Shown here in pieces: positions 11,105 through 20,889 of a stretch of DNA of 64,000 bases (positions are counted from its first letter, which is position 1; each line of letters begins with the position of its first letter). A model generated the notes under the pieces. The model saw only the letters and a program-made list of their open reading frames with translations, was not told where the DNA came from and searched no databases. A program made the translations under genes and the position numbers. Location of the stretch: contig CAWIOY010000001.1 in assembly GCA_963837845.1 (NCBI GenBank), positions 22,554 to 86,553 on the forward strand, written 5' to 3'. This stretch comes from an uncultured beta proteobacterium (GTDB lineage: Bacteria > Pseudomonadota > Gammaproteobacteria > Burkholderiales > Casimicrobiaceae).

Positions 11105-13672
11105 CTAGCTCAACTGCAGCTGCTCGTAGAGCACCGTCTCCAGGCGCAGCAGCGCCGCCTCGTCGTGCAGCCGCGCGCCGTCGAGCAGGAACACGTCCTC
11201 GGCGCGCTCGCCCAGGGTGTTGATCCGGGCGCTGGCGACGTTGACGTTCGCCTTCGCCAGCGTGTAGGCGATGCGGGCGAGCAGGCCGGGCCGGTCGCCG
11301 GCGACGATCTCCAGGATGTAGTGCGTTCCCTTGTCGTCGGGAAACAGGCGCACTTCCGGGGTGAGCGGAAAATGCTTCAGGTGCCGGCTCATGCGGCCGA
11401 TCGGCGGCGGCTCCAGGGGCACTCGCCCGGCGAGCAAGCCCTTGAGCTCGAACTCGACGTAGCTGATCGCGGCGCGATAGGCGGCGTGGGCGCTGACCGG
11501 ATCGTGCACCAGGAAGGTGTCGAGCGCGTAGCCGTGACCGGTGGTGTGAATCTTCGCCTCCAGGATCGACAGCCGCGCCTTGCCGAAGAAGCCGCAGATG
11601 CGCGCGAAGAGCTCCTTCTGGTCGGGCAGGTAGATCATCACCTGCAGCCCCGCGCCGGAGCGCGAAAGGCGCGCCCTGACCACCGGCTCGTGGCCGTCGA
11701 CGCGAAAATAGAGCTGGCGCGCGTGCCAGGCGATCTCGTCGGCGCTGTGGCGCTGGAAATACACGCTGTCGAGCTTGCGCCACAGCGCCTGCTCGGCGCC
11801 GTCGGGCACCGCATACAGGCGCAGCTGGCGCGCTGCCTCGATCCGGCGCGCCTCCAGGCTGTCGTCCAGGGTTCGGGTCGTGGCGCGGCCGGTAAGCCGC
11901 GCCAGCGTGGCGTGAAACAGGTCCTCGAGCAGCTTCGCCTTCCAGGCGTTCCAGACGCGCGGGCTGGTGCCGCGGATGTCGGCGACGGTGAGCAGGTAGA
12001 GCGCCGCCAGGCGCCTTGGCGTGCGCACCTTCGCCGCGAACGCCGCGACCACCGCCGGATCGCCGATGTCCGCCTTTTGCGCCGTGAGCGACATCGTCAG
12101 GTGCTCGGCGACGAGCCACCCGGCAAGGTTCGCATCGTCCTTCGCCAGGGCGTGGTGGCGGCAGAAGCGTCGCGCGTCGGCCGCTCCCAGCCGCGAATGA
12201 TTGCCGCCGCGGCCCTTGGCGATGTCGTGAAACAGGGCCGCCACGTAGAGCACCTCGGGGCGCTCGAAGTCGGCGATCAGCCGCGAGCAGAGCGGATACT
12301 CGTGCCCATGCTGCGCCTCGGTGAAGCGGCGCAGGTTGCGAATGACCATCAGGATGTGCTCGTCGACGGTGTAGACGTGATACAGGTCGTGCTGCATCTG
12401 GCCGACGATGCGCCCGAAAGCCGGGATGTAGCGGCCGAGGATCCCGTACTGGTTCATGCGCCGCAGTTCGTGGGTGACGCCGTGCGGCTCGCGCAGGATG
12501 GACAGAAAGCGGGCGCGATTGCCCGGGTCGCGGCGGAACGCCGCGTCGACCCGGCTGCGGTAGCGCCACAGGGCGCGCAGCGTCGGCGCCGACATGCCCT
12601 TGAGCTCCGGGTGCCGCTGCAGGGTCAGGAAGCTGTCGAGGATGGCTCCCGGGCGCTTGCCGAACAGCTCCTCGTCCTTGATGTCGAGCAGCTCGTCGAC
12701 CGCCTGGAAGTCGGCGTCGATGGGCTGCACGCTGACCTCGGCCGGGAACAGGCGCGCGTGCAGGTTCTGCAGCAGGATGACGTTGAGCTGGCGGATCGAC
12801 TTGGCGGCGCGGTAGTAGCGCTGCATCAGCTGCTCGGAGGCGCGCCGCGTCGGCGTGTCGGACAGTCCGAGCTCGCGGGCGAGCGCGGTCTGCAGGTCGA
12901 ACACCAGGCGATCCTCGCGCCGGCCGGCGAGATAGTGCAGGCGGATGCGCAGGTCGTCGATGAGGGTCTCGTGGCGCGAGAGTTCGCGCGCCTCCGCCGC
13001 CGTCATCAGCCCGCGGGCCGCGATGTCGCGCCAGGTGCGACCGAAGCCGGCGGCGCGGGCGATCCACAGGATCGTCTGCAGGTCGCGGCGGCCGCCGGGA
13101 CTCTCCTTGAGGTTCGGCTCGAGGTTGTACGCGGTGTCCTGATAGCGCAGGTGGCGCTGCTGCTGCTCGAGCGCCTTCGCCTCGTAGAAGGCGCGCACGT
13201 CGAGGGTCGCCTCGCAACGGTGCCGGAAGCGCGTGTAGAGCGAGCGCGATCCGCACAGCAACCGGTGCTCGATGAGGCTGGTGCGGATGACCGCGTCGGC
13301 CTCCATCTCGGCCTCGCATTGGTCGAGCGTGCGCACGCTGTGGCCGATCTCCAGGCCGGTGTCCCACATGAGGCCGACGAAGCGCTCGATGGTCGCTGCC
13401 ATGCCCGGTTCGGTCGCCGCAAGCGGCCGGGCCAACAGCACCACCACGTCGACGTCCGAATGGGGAAAGAGCTCGCCGCGCCCGTAGCCGCCCACGGCGA
13501 CCAGGGCCAGGTCCGGCGCCGGGGCGATGGTCGCCCACAGCCCGCGCAGCACCCGGTCGGTCAGGCGCGTCTGCGCGGCGAGCAGCCGCCGCGGCCGGCG
13601 CTGCTGGCGGTAGGCAGCCTCGAGCGCGCGCCGCCCGGCCTCGAGTTCGCGCTTCCAGGGCGCCGCCGCCAT
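11105..13672 (-). CDS. glnD: [Protein-PII] uridylyltransferase / uridylyl-removing enzyme
   Basis: Internal ATG (MAAAPWKRELEAG...) of ORF 11105..14134. Nucleotidyltransferase GGYGRGELFPHSDVDV, an HD domain (LFHDIAKGRGGNHS) and two C-terminal ACT-like regions. Confidence 0.9.
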   Translation of the reverse strand: MAAAPWKRELEAGRRALEAAYRQQRRPRRLLAAQTRLTDRVLRGLWATIAPAPDLALVAVGGYGRGELFPHSDVDVVVLLARPLAATEPGMAATIERFVGLMWDTGLEIGHSVRTLDQCEAEMEADAVIRTSLIEHRLLCGSRSLYTRFRHRCEATLDVRAFYEAKALEQQQRHLRYQDTAYNLEPNLKESPGGRRDLQTILWIARAAGFGRTWRDIAARGLMTAAEARELSRHETLIDDLRIRLHYLAGRREDRLVFDLQTALARELGLSDTPTRRASEQLMQRYYRAAKSIRQLNVILLQNLHARLFPAEVSVQPIDADFQAVDELLDIKDEELFGKRPGAILDSFLTLQRHPELKGMSAPTLRALWRYRSRVDAAFRRDPGNRARFLSILREPHGVTHELRRMNQYGILGRYIPAFGRIVGQMQHDLYHVYTVDEHILMVIRNLRRFTEAQHGHEYPLCSRLIADFERPEVLYVAALFHDIAKGRGGNHSRLGAADARRFCRHHALAKDDANLAGWLVAEHLTMSLTAQKADIGDPAVVAAFAAKVRTPRRLAALYLLTVADIRGTSPRVWNAWKAKLLEDLFHATLARLTGRATTRTLDDSLEARRIEAARQLRLYAVPDGAEQALWRKLDSVYFQRHSADEIAWHARQLYFRVDGHEPVVRARLSRSGAGLQVMIYLPDQKELFARICGFFGKARLSILEAKIHTTGHGYALDTFLVHDPVSAHAAYRAAISYVEFELKGLLAGRVPLEPPPIGRMSRHLKHFPLTPEVRLFPDDKGTHYILEIVAGDRPGLLARIAYTLAKANVNVASARINTLGERAEDVFLLDGARLHDEAALLRLETVLYEQLQLS

Positions 13673-13725
13673 GTCGACGGCGCGGTCGGCGGCCGGGGCG
13701 AGCACGGTGCTCAAGAAAGACGCCT

Positions 13726-14520
13726 TCAGCCCGGCGCTGGCGCCGGCGCGCCAGGCGACACCGTGAGCACCTCGAAGCCGGTGTCGGTGACGAGCACCGT
13801 GTGCTCCCACTGCGCCGACAGGCTGTGATCGGCGGTGACCACGGTCCAGCCGTCGGCCAGGCAGCGGATCGCCGGCCGTCCGGCGTTGATCATCGGCTCG
13901 ATGGTGAACACCATGCCCTGCTGCAGCTTGAGACCGGTGCCGGCGCGCCCGTAGTGGAGCACCTGCGGCTCCTCGTGGAACTGGCGCCCGATGCCGTGGC
14001 CGCAGAATTCGCGCACGATGGAGAAGCCATGGCCCTCGGCGTGGCGCTGGATCGTCGCCCCGATATCGCCGAGGTGCCCTCCCGGCTTGACGGCGCGAAT
14101 GCCGCGCCACATCGCCTCGTAGGTGACTTCGCACAGCCGCCGCGCCTGGATCGGCGGCGCGCCGACGTAGAACATGCGGCTGGTGTCGCCGTGAAAGCCG
14201 TCCTTGATGACCGTGATGTCGATGTTGACGATATCGCCGCTCTTGAGCTTCTTGTCGCCGGGGATGCCGTGACAGACGACGTGGTTCACCGAGGTGCAGA
14301 TCGAGGCCGGGAACGGCTGATATCCGGGCGGCGCATAGTGCAGAGGGGCGGGAATGGTCCGCTGCACCTCGACCATGTAGGCGTGGCAGAGATGGTCGAG
14401 CTCGCCCGTGGTCACGCCCGGCTTGACCTGCGGCGCGATGTAGTCGAGCACCTCGGCGGCGAGCGCGCCGGCCACGCGCATCTTGGCGAGCTCTTCGGCG
14501 GACTTGAGCGAGACGGACAT
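13726..14520 (-). CDS. map: Type I methionine aminopeptidase
   Basis: 264-aa ORF. Motifs VCHGIP, DIVNIDITV, FCGHGIG and TIEPMI. Confidence 0.93.
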   Translation of the reverse strand: MSVSLKSAEELAKMRVAGALAAEVLDYIAPQVKPGVTTGELDHLCHAYMVEVQRTIPAPLHYAPPGYQPFPASICTSVNHVVCHGIPGDKKLKSGDIVNIDITVIKDGFHGDTSRMFYVGAPPIQARRLCEVTYEAMWRGIRAVKPGGHLGDIGATIQRHAEGHGFSIVREFCGHGIGRQFHEEPQVLHYGRAGTGLKLQQGMVFTIEPMINAGRPAIRCLADGWTVVTADHSLSAQWEHTVLVTDTGFEVLTVSPGAPAPAPG

Positions 14521-14525
14521 GCGAT

Positions 14526-15353
14526 CTAGCTGCGCAAGAGCTCGTTGATGCTGGTCTTGGCGCGGGTCTTGGCGTCGACCTGCTTGACGATCACCGCGCA
14601 GTACAGCTGGCAGTCGCCCTCGCCCGACGGCAGGCTGCCGGCGACGACCACCGAGCCTGCCGGGATGCGGCCGTAGCCGACCCGCCCGGTCGCCCGGTCG
14701 TAGATCTTGGTGCTCTGGCCGACGAACACGCCCATGCCCAACACGCAGTTCTCCTCGACGATGACGCCTTCGACCACCTCGGACCGGGCGCCGATGAAGC
14801 AGTTGTCCTCGATGATGGTGGGGTTCGCCTGCAGCGGTTCAAGCACCCCTCCGATACCCACGCCGCCCGAAAGGTGGACCCCCTTGCCGATCTGGGCGCA
14901 GGAGCCCACGGTGGCCCAGGTATCGACCATCGTGCCCTCGTCGACGTAGGCGCCGATGTTGACGTACGAGGGCATGAGCACGACGTTGCGGCCGACGTAG
15001 GCGCCGCGGCGCACCACCGCCGGCGGTACCACGCGCACTCCGGCGGCGGCGAAGGCGGCCGCGTCGAAAGCGGCGAACTTGGTGGGCACCTTGTCGTAGA
15101 AGCGAAACGCCGCCTCGGCTGCCGTTCCGAGCGGGACGTTGTCGGAGAGGCGGAAGGACAGCAGCACCGCCTTCTTGAGCCACTGCCGGGTCGTCCACTG
15201 GCCGTCGACCTTGGCCGCGACCCGCAGGCGGCCGGCGTCGAGCTCGGCGATCGCGAAGGCGACCGCGTCCCGGACTTCGGCCGTCGCCGCGTGCGGCGAG
15301 AGCTCGCCGCGCCGCTCCCAGGCGGCATCGATCGTCGCTTGCAGGCTTGCCAT
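14526..15353 (-). CDS. dapD: 2,3,4,5-tetrahydropyridine-2,6-dicarboxylate N-succinyltransferase
   Basis: Internal ATG ([18 protein letters not shown]...) of ORF 14526..15383. Hexapeptide-repeat C-terminal half ([36 protein letters not shown]). Confidence 0.9.
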   Translation of the reverse strand: MASLQATIDAAWERRGELSPHAATAEVRDAVAFAIAELDAGRLRVAAKVDGQWTTRQWLKKAVLLSFRLSDNVPLGTAAEAAFRFYDKVPTKFAAFDAAAFAAAGVRVVPPAVVRRGAYVGRNVVLMPSYVNIGAYVDEGTMVDTWATVGSCAQIGKGVHLSGGVGIGGVLEPLQANPTIIEDNCFIGARSEVVEGVIVEENCVLGMGVFVGQSTKIYDRATGRVGYGRIPAGSVVVAGSLPSGEGDCQLYCAVIVKQVDAKTRAKTSINELLRS

Positions 15354-15452
15354 CACGCAGGAGTTCCGAGGCCGGGCGGGCAAAAAGACGCATTTTACCC
15401 GGTCGCCTTGGCTGGCGGCGGGCCTTCGCGTGCCGCGCGCGCGAGCGGCGTC

Positions 15453-16211
15453 CTACATCGCCTTGAACAGATGGGCGAAGGTGCGGCTGACGATGAGCTT
15501 TTCCGGGCGCGCCTTGAGGATGATCAGCGGCTGGTCGCGGTAATCGCGATCGACCCGGGCGATTGCGCGCAGGTTGACGATCGTGCCGCGATGGATCTGC
15601 CAGAAGAGCTCGCCATCGAGCTCGTCGAACAGTTCCTTGATGGTCTTGCGGATCAGCGCCTCGCCCTCGCCGGTGACCACCTTGGTGTACTTGTCCTGGG
15701 CATGGAAGTAGAGCACCTCGTCGACCGCAATGAGACGCATCGACGCGCCGAGCGAGGCCTTGATCCACTTCAGAGTGCCGCCCGACTCGCGCGCCTCGAG
15801 TTGCGAGAGCACGGTGGCCAGGTCGACCGGCGGCTCTTCGAGGCGCTGCTTCAGGCGGGCGACGACCTTGGCCACGCGCTCGGCGCTGGCGGGCTTCAGC
15901 ACGTAGTCGACCGCGCCCTGCTCGAAGGCGGTCACCGCGTACTCGTCGTAGGCGGTGACGAAGACGACGTGACAGGCGCCGGCCAGCGCGTCGGCGACCT
16001 CGAGCCCCGATTTGACCGGCATGCGGATGTCGAGAAAGGCGATGTCGGGCTCGAGTTCGCGCTGCAGGGCGAGCGCCTGCTCGCCATTCTCCGCTTCGGC
16101 GAGCACGGCGAGCTCCGGCCAGGCGAAGGTGAGCCGCGCGCGCAGCTGCGCGCGCAACATCGGCTCGTCTTCGGCGATGAGCGCCGTCGGCTGCCTAGCG
16201 CGTGCCGGCAT
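15453..16211 (-). CDS. LytR/AlgR-family response regulator (REC + LytTR DNA-binding domain)
   Basis: The receiver has ALIAEDEP...FLDIRMP. The C-terminal LytTR part is LIAVDEVLYFHAQDKYTKVVT...IHRGTIVNL. It overlaps the stop of the upstream kinase gene. Confidence 0.88.
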   Translation of the reverse strand: MPARARQPTALIAEDEPMLRAQLRARLTFAWPELAVLAEAENGEQALALQRELEPDIAFLDIRMPVKSGLEVADALAGACHVVFVTAYDEYAVTAFEQGAVDYVLKPASAERVAKVVARLKQRLEEPPVDLATVLSQLEARESGGTLKWIKASLGASMRLIAVDEVLYFHAQDKYTKVVTGEGEALIRKTIKELFDELDGELFWQIHRGTIVNLRAIARVDRDYRDQPLIILKARPEKLIVSRTFAHLFKAM

Positions 16212-17301
16212 CGAGCGGGATCTCGATGGTGGCGCGCGCGCCGTGGGGTGCGACCTCTTGCAGCGTGAAGCGCGCCCGCGCGGCGTAGAGCGCCTGCAGG
16301 CGTTCGCGCAGGTTGGTTAGCCCCACGCCGTTGCCGATCTGGTCACGCAGCCCCCTGCCGTCGTCGACCACCGCCACCGCCAGGCGATCCGAACCGCGGC
16401 GCGCCTCGATGCGGATCGTCCCGCCCTGCGCCTGCGGCTCGAGCCCGTGCTTGATGGCGTTCTCCACCACCGACATCAGCAGCATCGGCGGAAACGGCTG
16501 CGCGTGGAGCGCCTCCGGAACGTCGATTACGAATCCCAGCCGCGATCCCATGCGCATCTGCATGATCGAAAGATAAGCCTGCGCGAGCGCGACCTCCTGG
16601 CCGAGCGTGGTGCTGTCCGAGCGCAGCTGCGGCAGCGCCGCGCGCAGGTAGGCGAGCAGGTGGCCGAGCATCATGTTCGCCTTGGGCGGATCGGTCTCGG
16701 TCAGGAATTGCACCGAGGCCAGGGTGTTGAACAGGAAGTGCGGCTCGACCTGCGCCTGCATGAGCTTGAGCTCGGCCTCGATGGCCTGCTTCGACAGCAG
16801 GTTGCGATCGGCATCGGCGCGCAGCATCGCGGCGCGGGTGCGCGCCTCGCGGAACTGGAGCAGGAAGAAAAGGCTGATCAAGGTGCCGTTGACCAGGCCG
16901 CTCACCGGGGTCCAGATCGTGCTATGGATATGCTCGCTGTCGACCAACTCGGCCATCGTGTAGCCCGGCTGGTGCAGAAGCGGCCCCTTGATGAACAGGA
17001 TCAGGGCGAAGCCGATGAGGGTGCCTACGGCCACGGCCGCCACCAGCCGCCACACCGGGTGCGTCTTGTCCCACGGCGAGACGGCATTGACCACGTAGGC
17101 GATCGCCAGGCCCATGCTCTGGCAGGTGATGAGGGGATGCCAGAAGGGCCTCGCATCCTCGACCGACATGATCGCCGCGTAGCCGGTATTGATGGCCACG
17201 ATCAGCAGCACGGTCTGCCACGACACGCCGCGAAAGCCGGCGAACAGCGGCTGCCACCAGGAGCCGGGGCGGCCGCCCAGGGCGGCGGTGGAATTGCTCA
17301 T
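16195..17301 (-). CDS. LytS/YehU-type sensor histidine kinase with a multi-pass membrane N-terminus
   Basis: Internal ATG (MSNSTAALGG...) of ORF 16195..17382, with several hydrophobic helices. His_kinase motif QVEPHFLFNTL. HATPase region VENAIKHG...DDGRGL...GVGLTNLRERL. Confidence 0.85.
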   Translation of the reverse strand: MSNSTAALGGRPGSWWQPLFAGFRGVSWQTVLLIVAINTGYAAIMSVEDARPFWHPLITCQSMGLAIAYVVNAVSPWDKTHPVWRLVAAVAVGTLIGFALILFIKGPLLHQPGYTMAELVDSEHIHSTIWTPVSGLVNGTLISLFFLLQFREARTRAAMLRADADRNLLSKQAIEAELKLMQAQVEPHFLFNTLASVQFLTETDPPKANMMLGHLLAYLRAALPQLRSDSTTLGQEVALAQAYLSIMQMRMGSRLGFVIDVPEALHAQPFPPMLLMSVVENAIKHGLEPQAQGGTIRIEARRGSDRLAVAVVDDGRGLRDQIGNGVGLTNLRERLQALYAARARFTLQEVAPHGARATIEIPLDAGTR

Positions 17302-17406
17302 GCGGGCGATTGTACGCGCCGCGGCAGCAGGGGGAATGTCCGGCGACGGGGCGCAACCGGGGGCGATGGAATGGCGCCCCACGGGGCGAGTCGAAGGCGG
17401 CGGCGC

Positions 17407-18600
17407 CTAGCCGCGGCGCGCGAACCGGCTCAGCCGATCGACGGCCTCGGTGCACTCCTCGAGCGTGGCGACGAGCGCGATGCGCAGGTAACCGTTGCCC
17501 GGGTTGATGCCCGCGGCGTCGCGCGCGAGGTAGCTGCCGGGCAGCACCTGCAGCGCTTCTTCGGCGTACAGGCGGCGGGCAAAATCGGCGTCGTCGCCGC
17601 CGACCTTCACCCACAGATAGAAGGCAGCCTGCGGCGGCGGCGTCGGCCAGAGCGCGGCGACCTGCGGGGTGAGGCGCGCAAACTTCTCCCGGTACTCGAC
17701 CCGATTGGCGCGCACGTGCGCCTCGTCGTTCCAGGCCGCGAGACTCGCGCTCGCGACCGCGGGCGACATCGCCGAGCCGTGATAGGTGCGGTAGAGAAGG
17801 AAGGCCTTGAGCAACGCCGCGTCGCCGGCTACGTAACCGGAGCGCAGTCCCGGCGCGTTGGAGCGCTTGGACAGGCTGCCGAAGGCAACCAGCCGCGGAT
17901 AACCGTCACGTCCGAGGGCCCGCGCGGCGGCGAGCGAGCCCAGCGGCGGGCGGGCCTCGTCGAAGTAGATCTCGGCGTAGCACTCGTCGGCGGCGATGAT
18001 GAAGCCGTACCGGTCCGAGAGCTCGAACAGGCGGCGCCATTCTTCCTGGCGCACTACCCGTCCGGTCGGGTTGTCGGGCGAACAGACATAGACGAGCTGG
18101 GTGCGCGTCCAGATCGCATCCGGGACCTCGTCCCACTGCGGCGCATAGTCGTTGCCGGCGAGGCTGTTGACGTGATGCACGCTCGCGCCGGCGAGCAGCG
18201 CGGCGCCTTCGTAGATCTGGTAGAACGGATTGGGAACGAGCACCGTCGCCCCGACGCGGCTCGGATCGACGACGGTCTGGGCGAATGCGAACAGCGCCTC
18301 ACGGCTGCCCAGAACCGGCAGCACCTGCGTCTGCGCATCGAGCGGCGGCAGCGCGTAGCGACGTTCGAGCCAGCGCGCGATGGCCTCGCGCAGCGGGACC
18401 GCGCCGGCCGTTGTGGGATAATTCGCAAGCCCCTTGGCACCGGCGCACAGCGCTTCGAGCACGAACGGCGGCGTGGGATGCCTGGGCTCGCCGAGCGAGA
18501 GATTGATCGGAGGCTGCGCCGGGTTCGGGGTGAGGCCGGCGAAGAGCGCGCGCAGCCGCTCGAAAGGATACGGCTGCAGCCGCGCAAGCTGCGGATTCAA
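17407..18600 (-). CDS. dapC: Succinyldiaminopimelate transaminase
   Basis: Probable TTG start giving (M)NPQLARLQPYPFERLRALF, the typical DapC N-terminus. Class I aminotransferase with SLSKRSNAPGLRSGY. The N-terminal extension of ORF 17407..18873 is Arg/Ala-rich junk. Confidence 0.85.
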   Translation of the reverse strand: MNPQLARLQPYPFERLRALFAGLTPNPAQPPINLSLGEPRHPTPPFVLEALCAGAKGLANYPTTAGAVPLREAIARWLERRYALPPLDAQTQVLPVLGSREALFAFAQTVVDPSRVGATVLVPNPFYQIYEGAALLAGASVHHVNSLAGNDYAPQWDEVPDAIWTRTQLVYVCSPDNPTGRVVRQEEWRRLFELSDRYGFIIAADECYAEIYFDEARPPLGSLAAARALGRDGYPRLVAFGSLSKRSNAPGLRSGYVAGDAALLKAFLLYRTYHGSAMSPAVASASLAAWNDEAHVRANRVEYREKFARLTPQVAALWPTPPPQAAFYLWVKVGGDDADFARRLYAEEALQVLPGSYLARDAAGINPGNGYLRIALVATLEECTEAVDRLSRFARRG

Positions 18601-18616
18601 CGTGGCACGAGATAAC

Positions 18617-19474
18617 GTGAGCGAAGCCGAATTATACCCGCCTGCCGCGAACGCGCCGTGGCGCTGGAGGATCCTGGCCGGCGGCTGCATGCTCGTCGCG
18701 CTCGGTCTGCTCGCGCTGGTGCTCGCGCACTGGGGCTGGCGCTTTTTTGGCCCGGCGCCGTTTGCCGCCGCTCCGCCGGCGGTCGACTCCGACCTGCCGC
18801 GGCGCATTGCCGAGGCACGCCTGTTCGGCACCGGGGCGCCGAGCGCGGTGTCGAGCGAGCCGGTTGCTTCCACCGCCGCCGGTGATCTGCGGCTGCTGGG
18901 CGTGTTTGCGCAACGCGACGGCCAGGGTTACGCGCTGTTTCGGGCCGGCGCGCGCGGGCCGCTGTTCGTCGCCGTAGGCAGCGAGGTGGCGCGGGGGGTG
19001 CGCCTGGAGGCCGTCGAGCCCGGGGGCGTGACGCTAGTGGAGGGCGGCGTGCGACACGATATCGCGCTGCGCAGCGCAAGCCCCGCGGACAAGGCGCGCC
19101 CGCAATCCGCCGCGGCAGGCGCCCCGAGGAACGCGAACTGCGCCGTGCCGGCGGGCTTTAAGGGGCAGGTCATCCGCCTCAACGCGGAGCTCTTGTCGGG
19201 CATGATCGGCGCGCCCGATACCTGGAAGGCGCTGCTGCAAAGCGCGGCGGGCGGGCTGGTGGTGCGCGACCAGAGCGGGTTCGCGGGCATGATGGGGCTG
19301 CGCAACGCCGATCACATCGAGCGCGCCAACGGCATCGCCCTGGCGATACCCGACGACATCGCCCAGACGGTGCTCAAGCCGCTCACCCGCAGCCAGCCGG
19401 TGTGGGTGTCCGGGGTGCGCGACGACATGCCGCAGCAGTGGCTCTATCTGAACGCCGGCGCCTGCCCGGGTTGA
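18617..19474 (+). CDS. GspC-like (type II secretion protein C-like) membrane-anchored protein. The start is uncertain (GTG 18617 or ATG 18689).
   Basis: The frame of ORF 18434..19474 has one N-terminal TM helix (MLVALGLLALVLAHWGW). The segment LRLLGVFAQRDGQGYALFRAG...GVRLEAVEPGGVTLVEGG resembles the GspC HR domain. The PDZ-like C-terminus is GLVVRDQSGFAGMMGLRNADHIERANG. Confidence 0.55.
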   Translation: MSEAELYPPAANAPWRWRILAGGCMLVALGLLALVLAHWGWRFFGPAPFAAAPPAVDSDLPRRIAEARLFGTGAPSAVSSEPVASTAAGDLRLLGVFAQRDGQGYALFRAGARGPLFVAVGSEVARGVRLEAVEPGGVTLVEGGVRHDIALRSASPADKARPQSAAAGAPRNANCAVPAGFKGQVIRLNAELLSGMIGAPDTWKALLQSAAGGLVVRDQSGFAGMMGLRNADHIERANGIALAIPDDIAQTVLKPLTRSQPVWVSGVRDDMPQQWLYLNAGACPG

Positions 19475-20190
19475 GGCCTTGCCGCGGGGAGCCAGTCGAG
19501 CAGGGCCGGTAGCGAGGCGATGAACCCGTCCGGTTCCCAGGCCTCCGGCGTAATGTCCGGTCCGATATAGCCGTAGCGGGCGACGAGCGCGGCCATGCCG
19601 GCGGCGCGCGCCGCCGCCACGTCGCGCTCGGCGTCGCCGACGTAGACGCATTCGGCCGCCCCGAGCCCGAGCTTCGCCACCGCGTGCAGCAGCGGCGCCG
19701 GGTGTGGCTTGGTCTCACCGGTGGTGTCGCCGCAGACGATCACGCTGGCGCGCGAGGCGAGGGCGAGGTGCTCGAGCAGCGGCATGGCGAAGCGGCTGGC
19801 CTTGTTGGTCACGACGCCCCAGGCGAGCCCGCGCTGCTCGATCTCGGTCAGCACCCGTTCTGCGTCGGCAAAGAGCACCGTATGCACCGCGAGCGCCGCG
19901 GCGTAATAGGCGAGGAAGGCATCCTTGAGCCCTTCCCAGTGCGGGTCGTCGTGGCTCACGCCGAGGCCGGCGCCGAGCAGGCCGCGGCTGCCGTCGGAGG
20001 CATGCGGGCGCAGGACGGCGACGGGCAGCGGCGGCAGATTGCGATCGCTGCGCACGCGGTTGAGCGCCGCGGCGAGATCGGCTGCGGTGTCGGCGAGCGT
20101 GCCGTCGAGATCGAACAGCACCGCGCGCACCGGCAGAGTGCGCGGGGCGCCCGCGGCAGCGCCGCTATCAGTCGCGGCGGAAGGTGGCAA
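19444..20190 (-). CDS. gph: HAD-IA hydrolase, phosphoglycolate phosphatase-like (Gph/MupP family)
   Basis: Motifs [18 protein letters not shown] and YVGDAERD. Located downstream of ubiG, as in many proteobacteria. The true start may be a GTG near 20130, since 20190 overlaps ubiG by 23 nt. Confidence 0.8.
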   Translation of the reverse strand: MPPSAATDSGAAAGAPRTLPVRAVLFDLDGTLADTAADLAAALNRVRSDRNLPPLPVAVLRPHASDGSRGLLGAGLGVSHDDPHWEGLKDAFLAYYAAALAVHTVLFADAERVLTEIEQRGLAWGVVTNKASRFAMPLLEHLALASRASVIVCGDTTGETKPHPAPLLHAVAKLGLGAAECVYVGDAERDVAAARAAGMAALVARYGYIGPDITPEAWEPDGFIASLPALLDWLPAARPQPGQAPAFR

Positions 20191-20866
20191 TGTAGTTGAC
20201 CGCGATGTCGGCTTCCAGCCGGTAGATCCGCGTCAGCGGGTTGTAGGTCATGCCGATGAGGTCGTCGGCCTCGAGCCCGGCCTGGCGGGCGAAGCCGGCG
20301 AGCTCCGAGGGCTTGATGAAGCGCGCGTAGTCGTGCGTGCCGCGGGGCAACAGGCGCAGCACGTATTCGGCGCCGAGCACGGCGAACAGATAGGCCTTGG
20401 GATTGCGGTTGATGGTGGCGAACACGATAAGGCCGCCGGGCCGGGCGAGCTGCGCGCAGGCGGCCACCGTCGAGGCCGGCTGCGGCACGTGCTCGAGTAT
20501 CTCCATGCAGGTGACGACGTCGAAGGCGGCGGGGGTCTCGGCGGCGAGCGCTTCGGCGGCGATGAGCCGGTAGTCGACCTCGACCCCGGACTCGAGCCGA
20601 TGCAGCTGCGCCACCGCCAGGGGCTTTTCGGACAGGTCGATGCCGGTGACCTTGGCGCCGGCGCGGGCCATCGCCTCGGCGAGTATGCCGCCGCCACAGC
20701 CGACGTCGAGCGCGGTCTTGCCGGCCAGGCCATGCGACCGGCCGACGATGTAATCCAGGCGCAGCGGATTGATATCGTGCAGCGGCTTGAACTCGCTCGT
20801 CGGATCCCACCAGCGATGCGCCAGGGTGCTGAACTTGGCGAGCTCTGCCGGATCGACGTTGGACAT
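20168..20866 (-). CDS. ubiG: Bifunctional 3-demethylubiquinol 3-O-methyltransferase / 2-polyprenyl-6-hydroxyphenol methylase
   Basis: Internal ATG ([37 protein letters not shown]...) of ORF 20168..21319. SAM motif [12 protein letters not shown]. Confidence 0.92.
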   Translation of the reverse strand: MSNVDPAELAKFSTLAHRWWDPTSEFKPLHDINPLRLDYIVGRSHGLAGKTALDVGCGGGILAEAMARAGAKVTGIDLSEKPLAVAQLHRLESGVEVDYRLIAAEALAAETPAAFDVVTCMEILEHVPQPASTVAACAQLARPGGLIVFATINRNPKAYLFAVLGAEYVLRLLPRGTHDYARFIKPSELAGFARQAGLEADDLIGMTYNPLTRIYRLEADIAVNYIATFRRD

Positions 20867-20889
20867 GGGCCGAGTATAGACCGTCGCCC

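Noticed and set aside
13790-13810. While hand-translating I read an extra base around 13800 (and one fewer near 13670). That would fuse or frameshift map and glnD.
   Set aside because: The computed ORF track gives uninterrupted map (13726..14520) and glnD frames that are mutually consistent. I attribute the discrepancy to my own character-level misreading and used track-frame arithmetic for coordinates.
11165-13828. 887-aa plus-strand ORF opposite glnD. Similar long shadow ORFs exist at 16447..18615 (opposite the kinase and dapC), 33363..35405 (opposite lapB/pyrF), 25140..26963 (opposite gyrA/pheA) and 47808-50245 (opposite S53).
   Set aside because: All are antisense to well-supported genes and have junk-like composition. 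They are high-GC artefacts.
18601-18620. TGGCAC motif suggestive of a sigma54 -24 element between dapC and the GspC-like gene
   Set aside because: There is no TTGC -12 element at the required spacing. Other TGGCAC occurrences (about 41107 and about 50806) also lack it.
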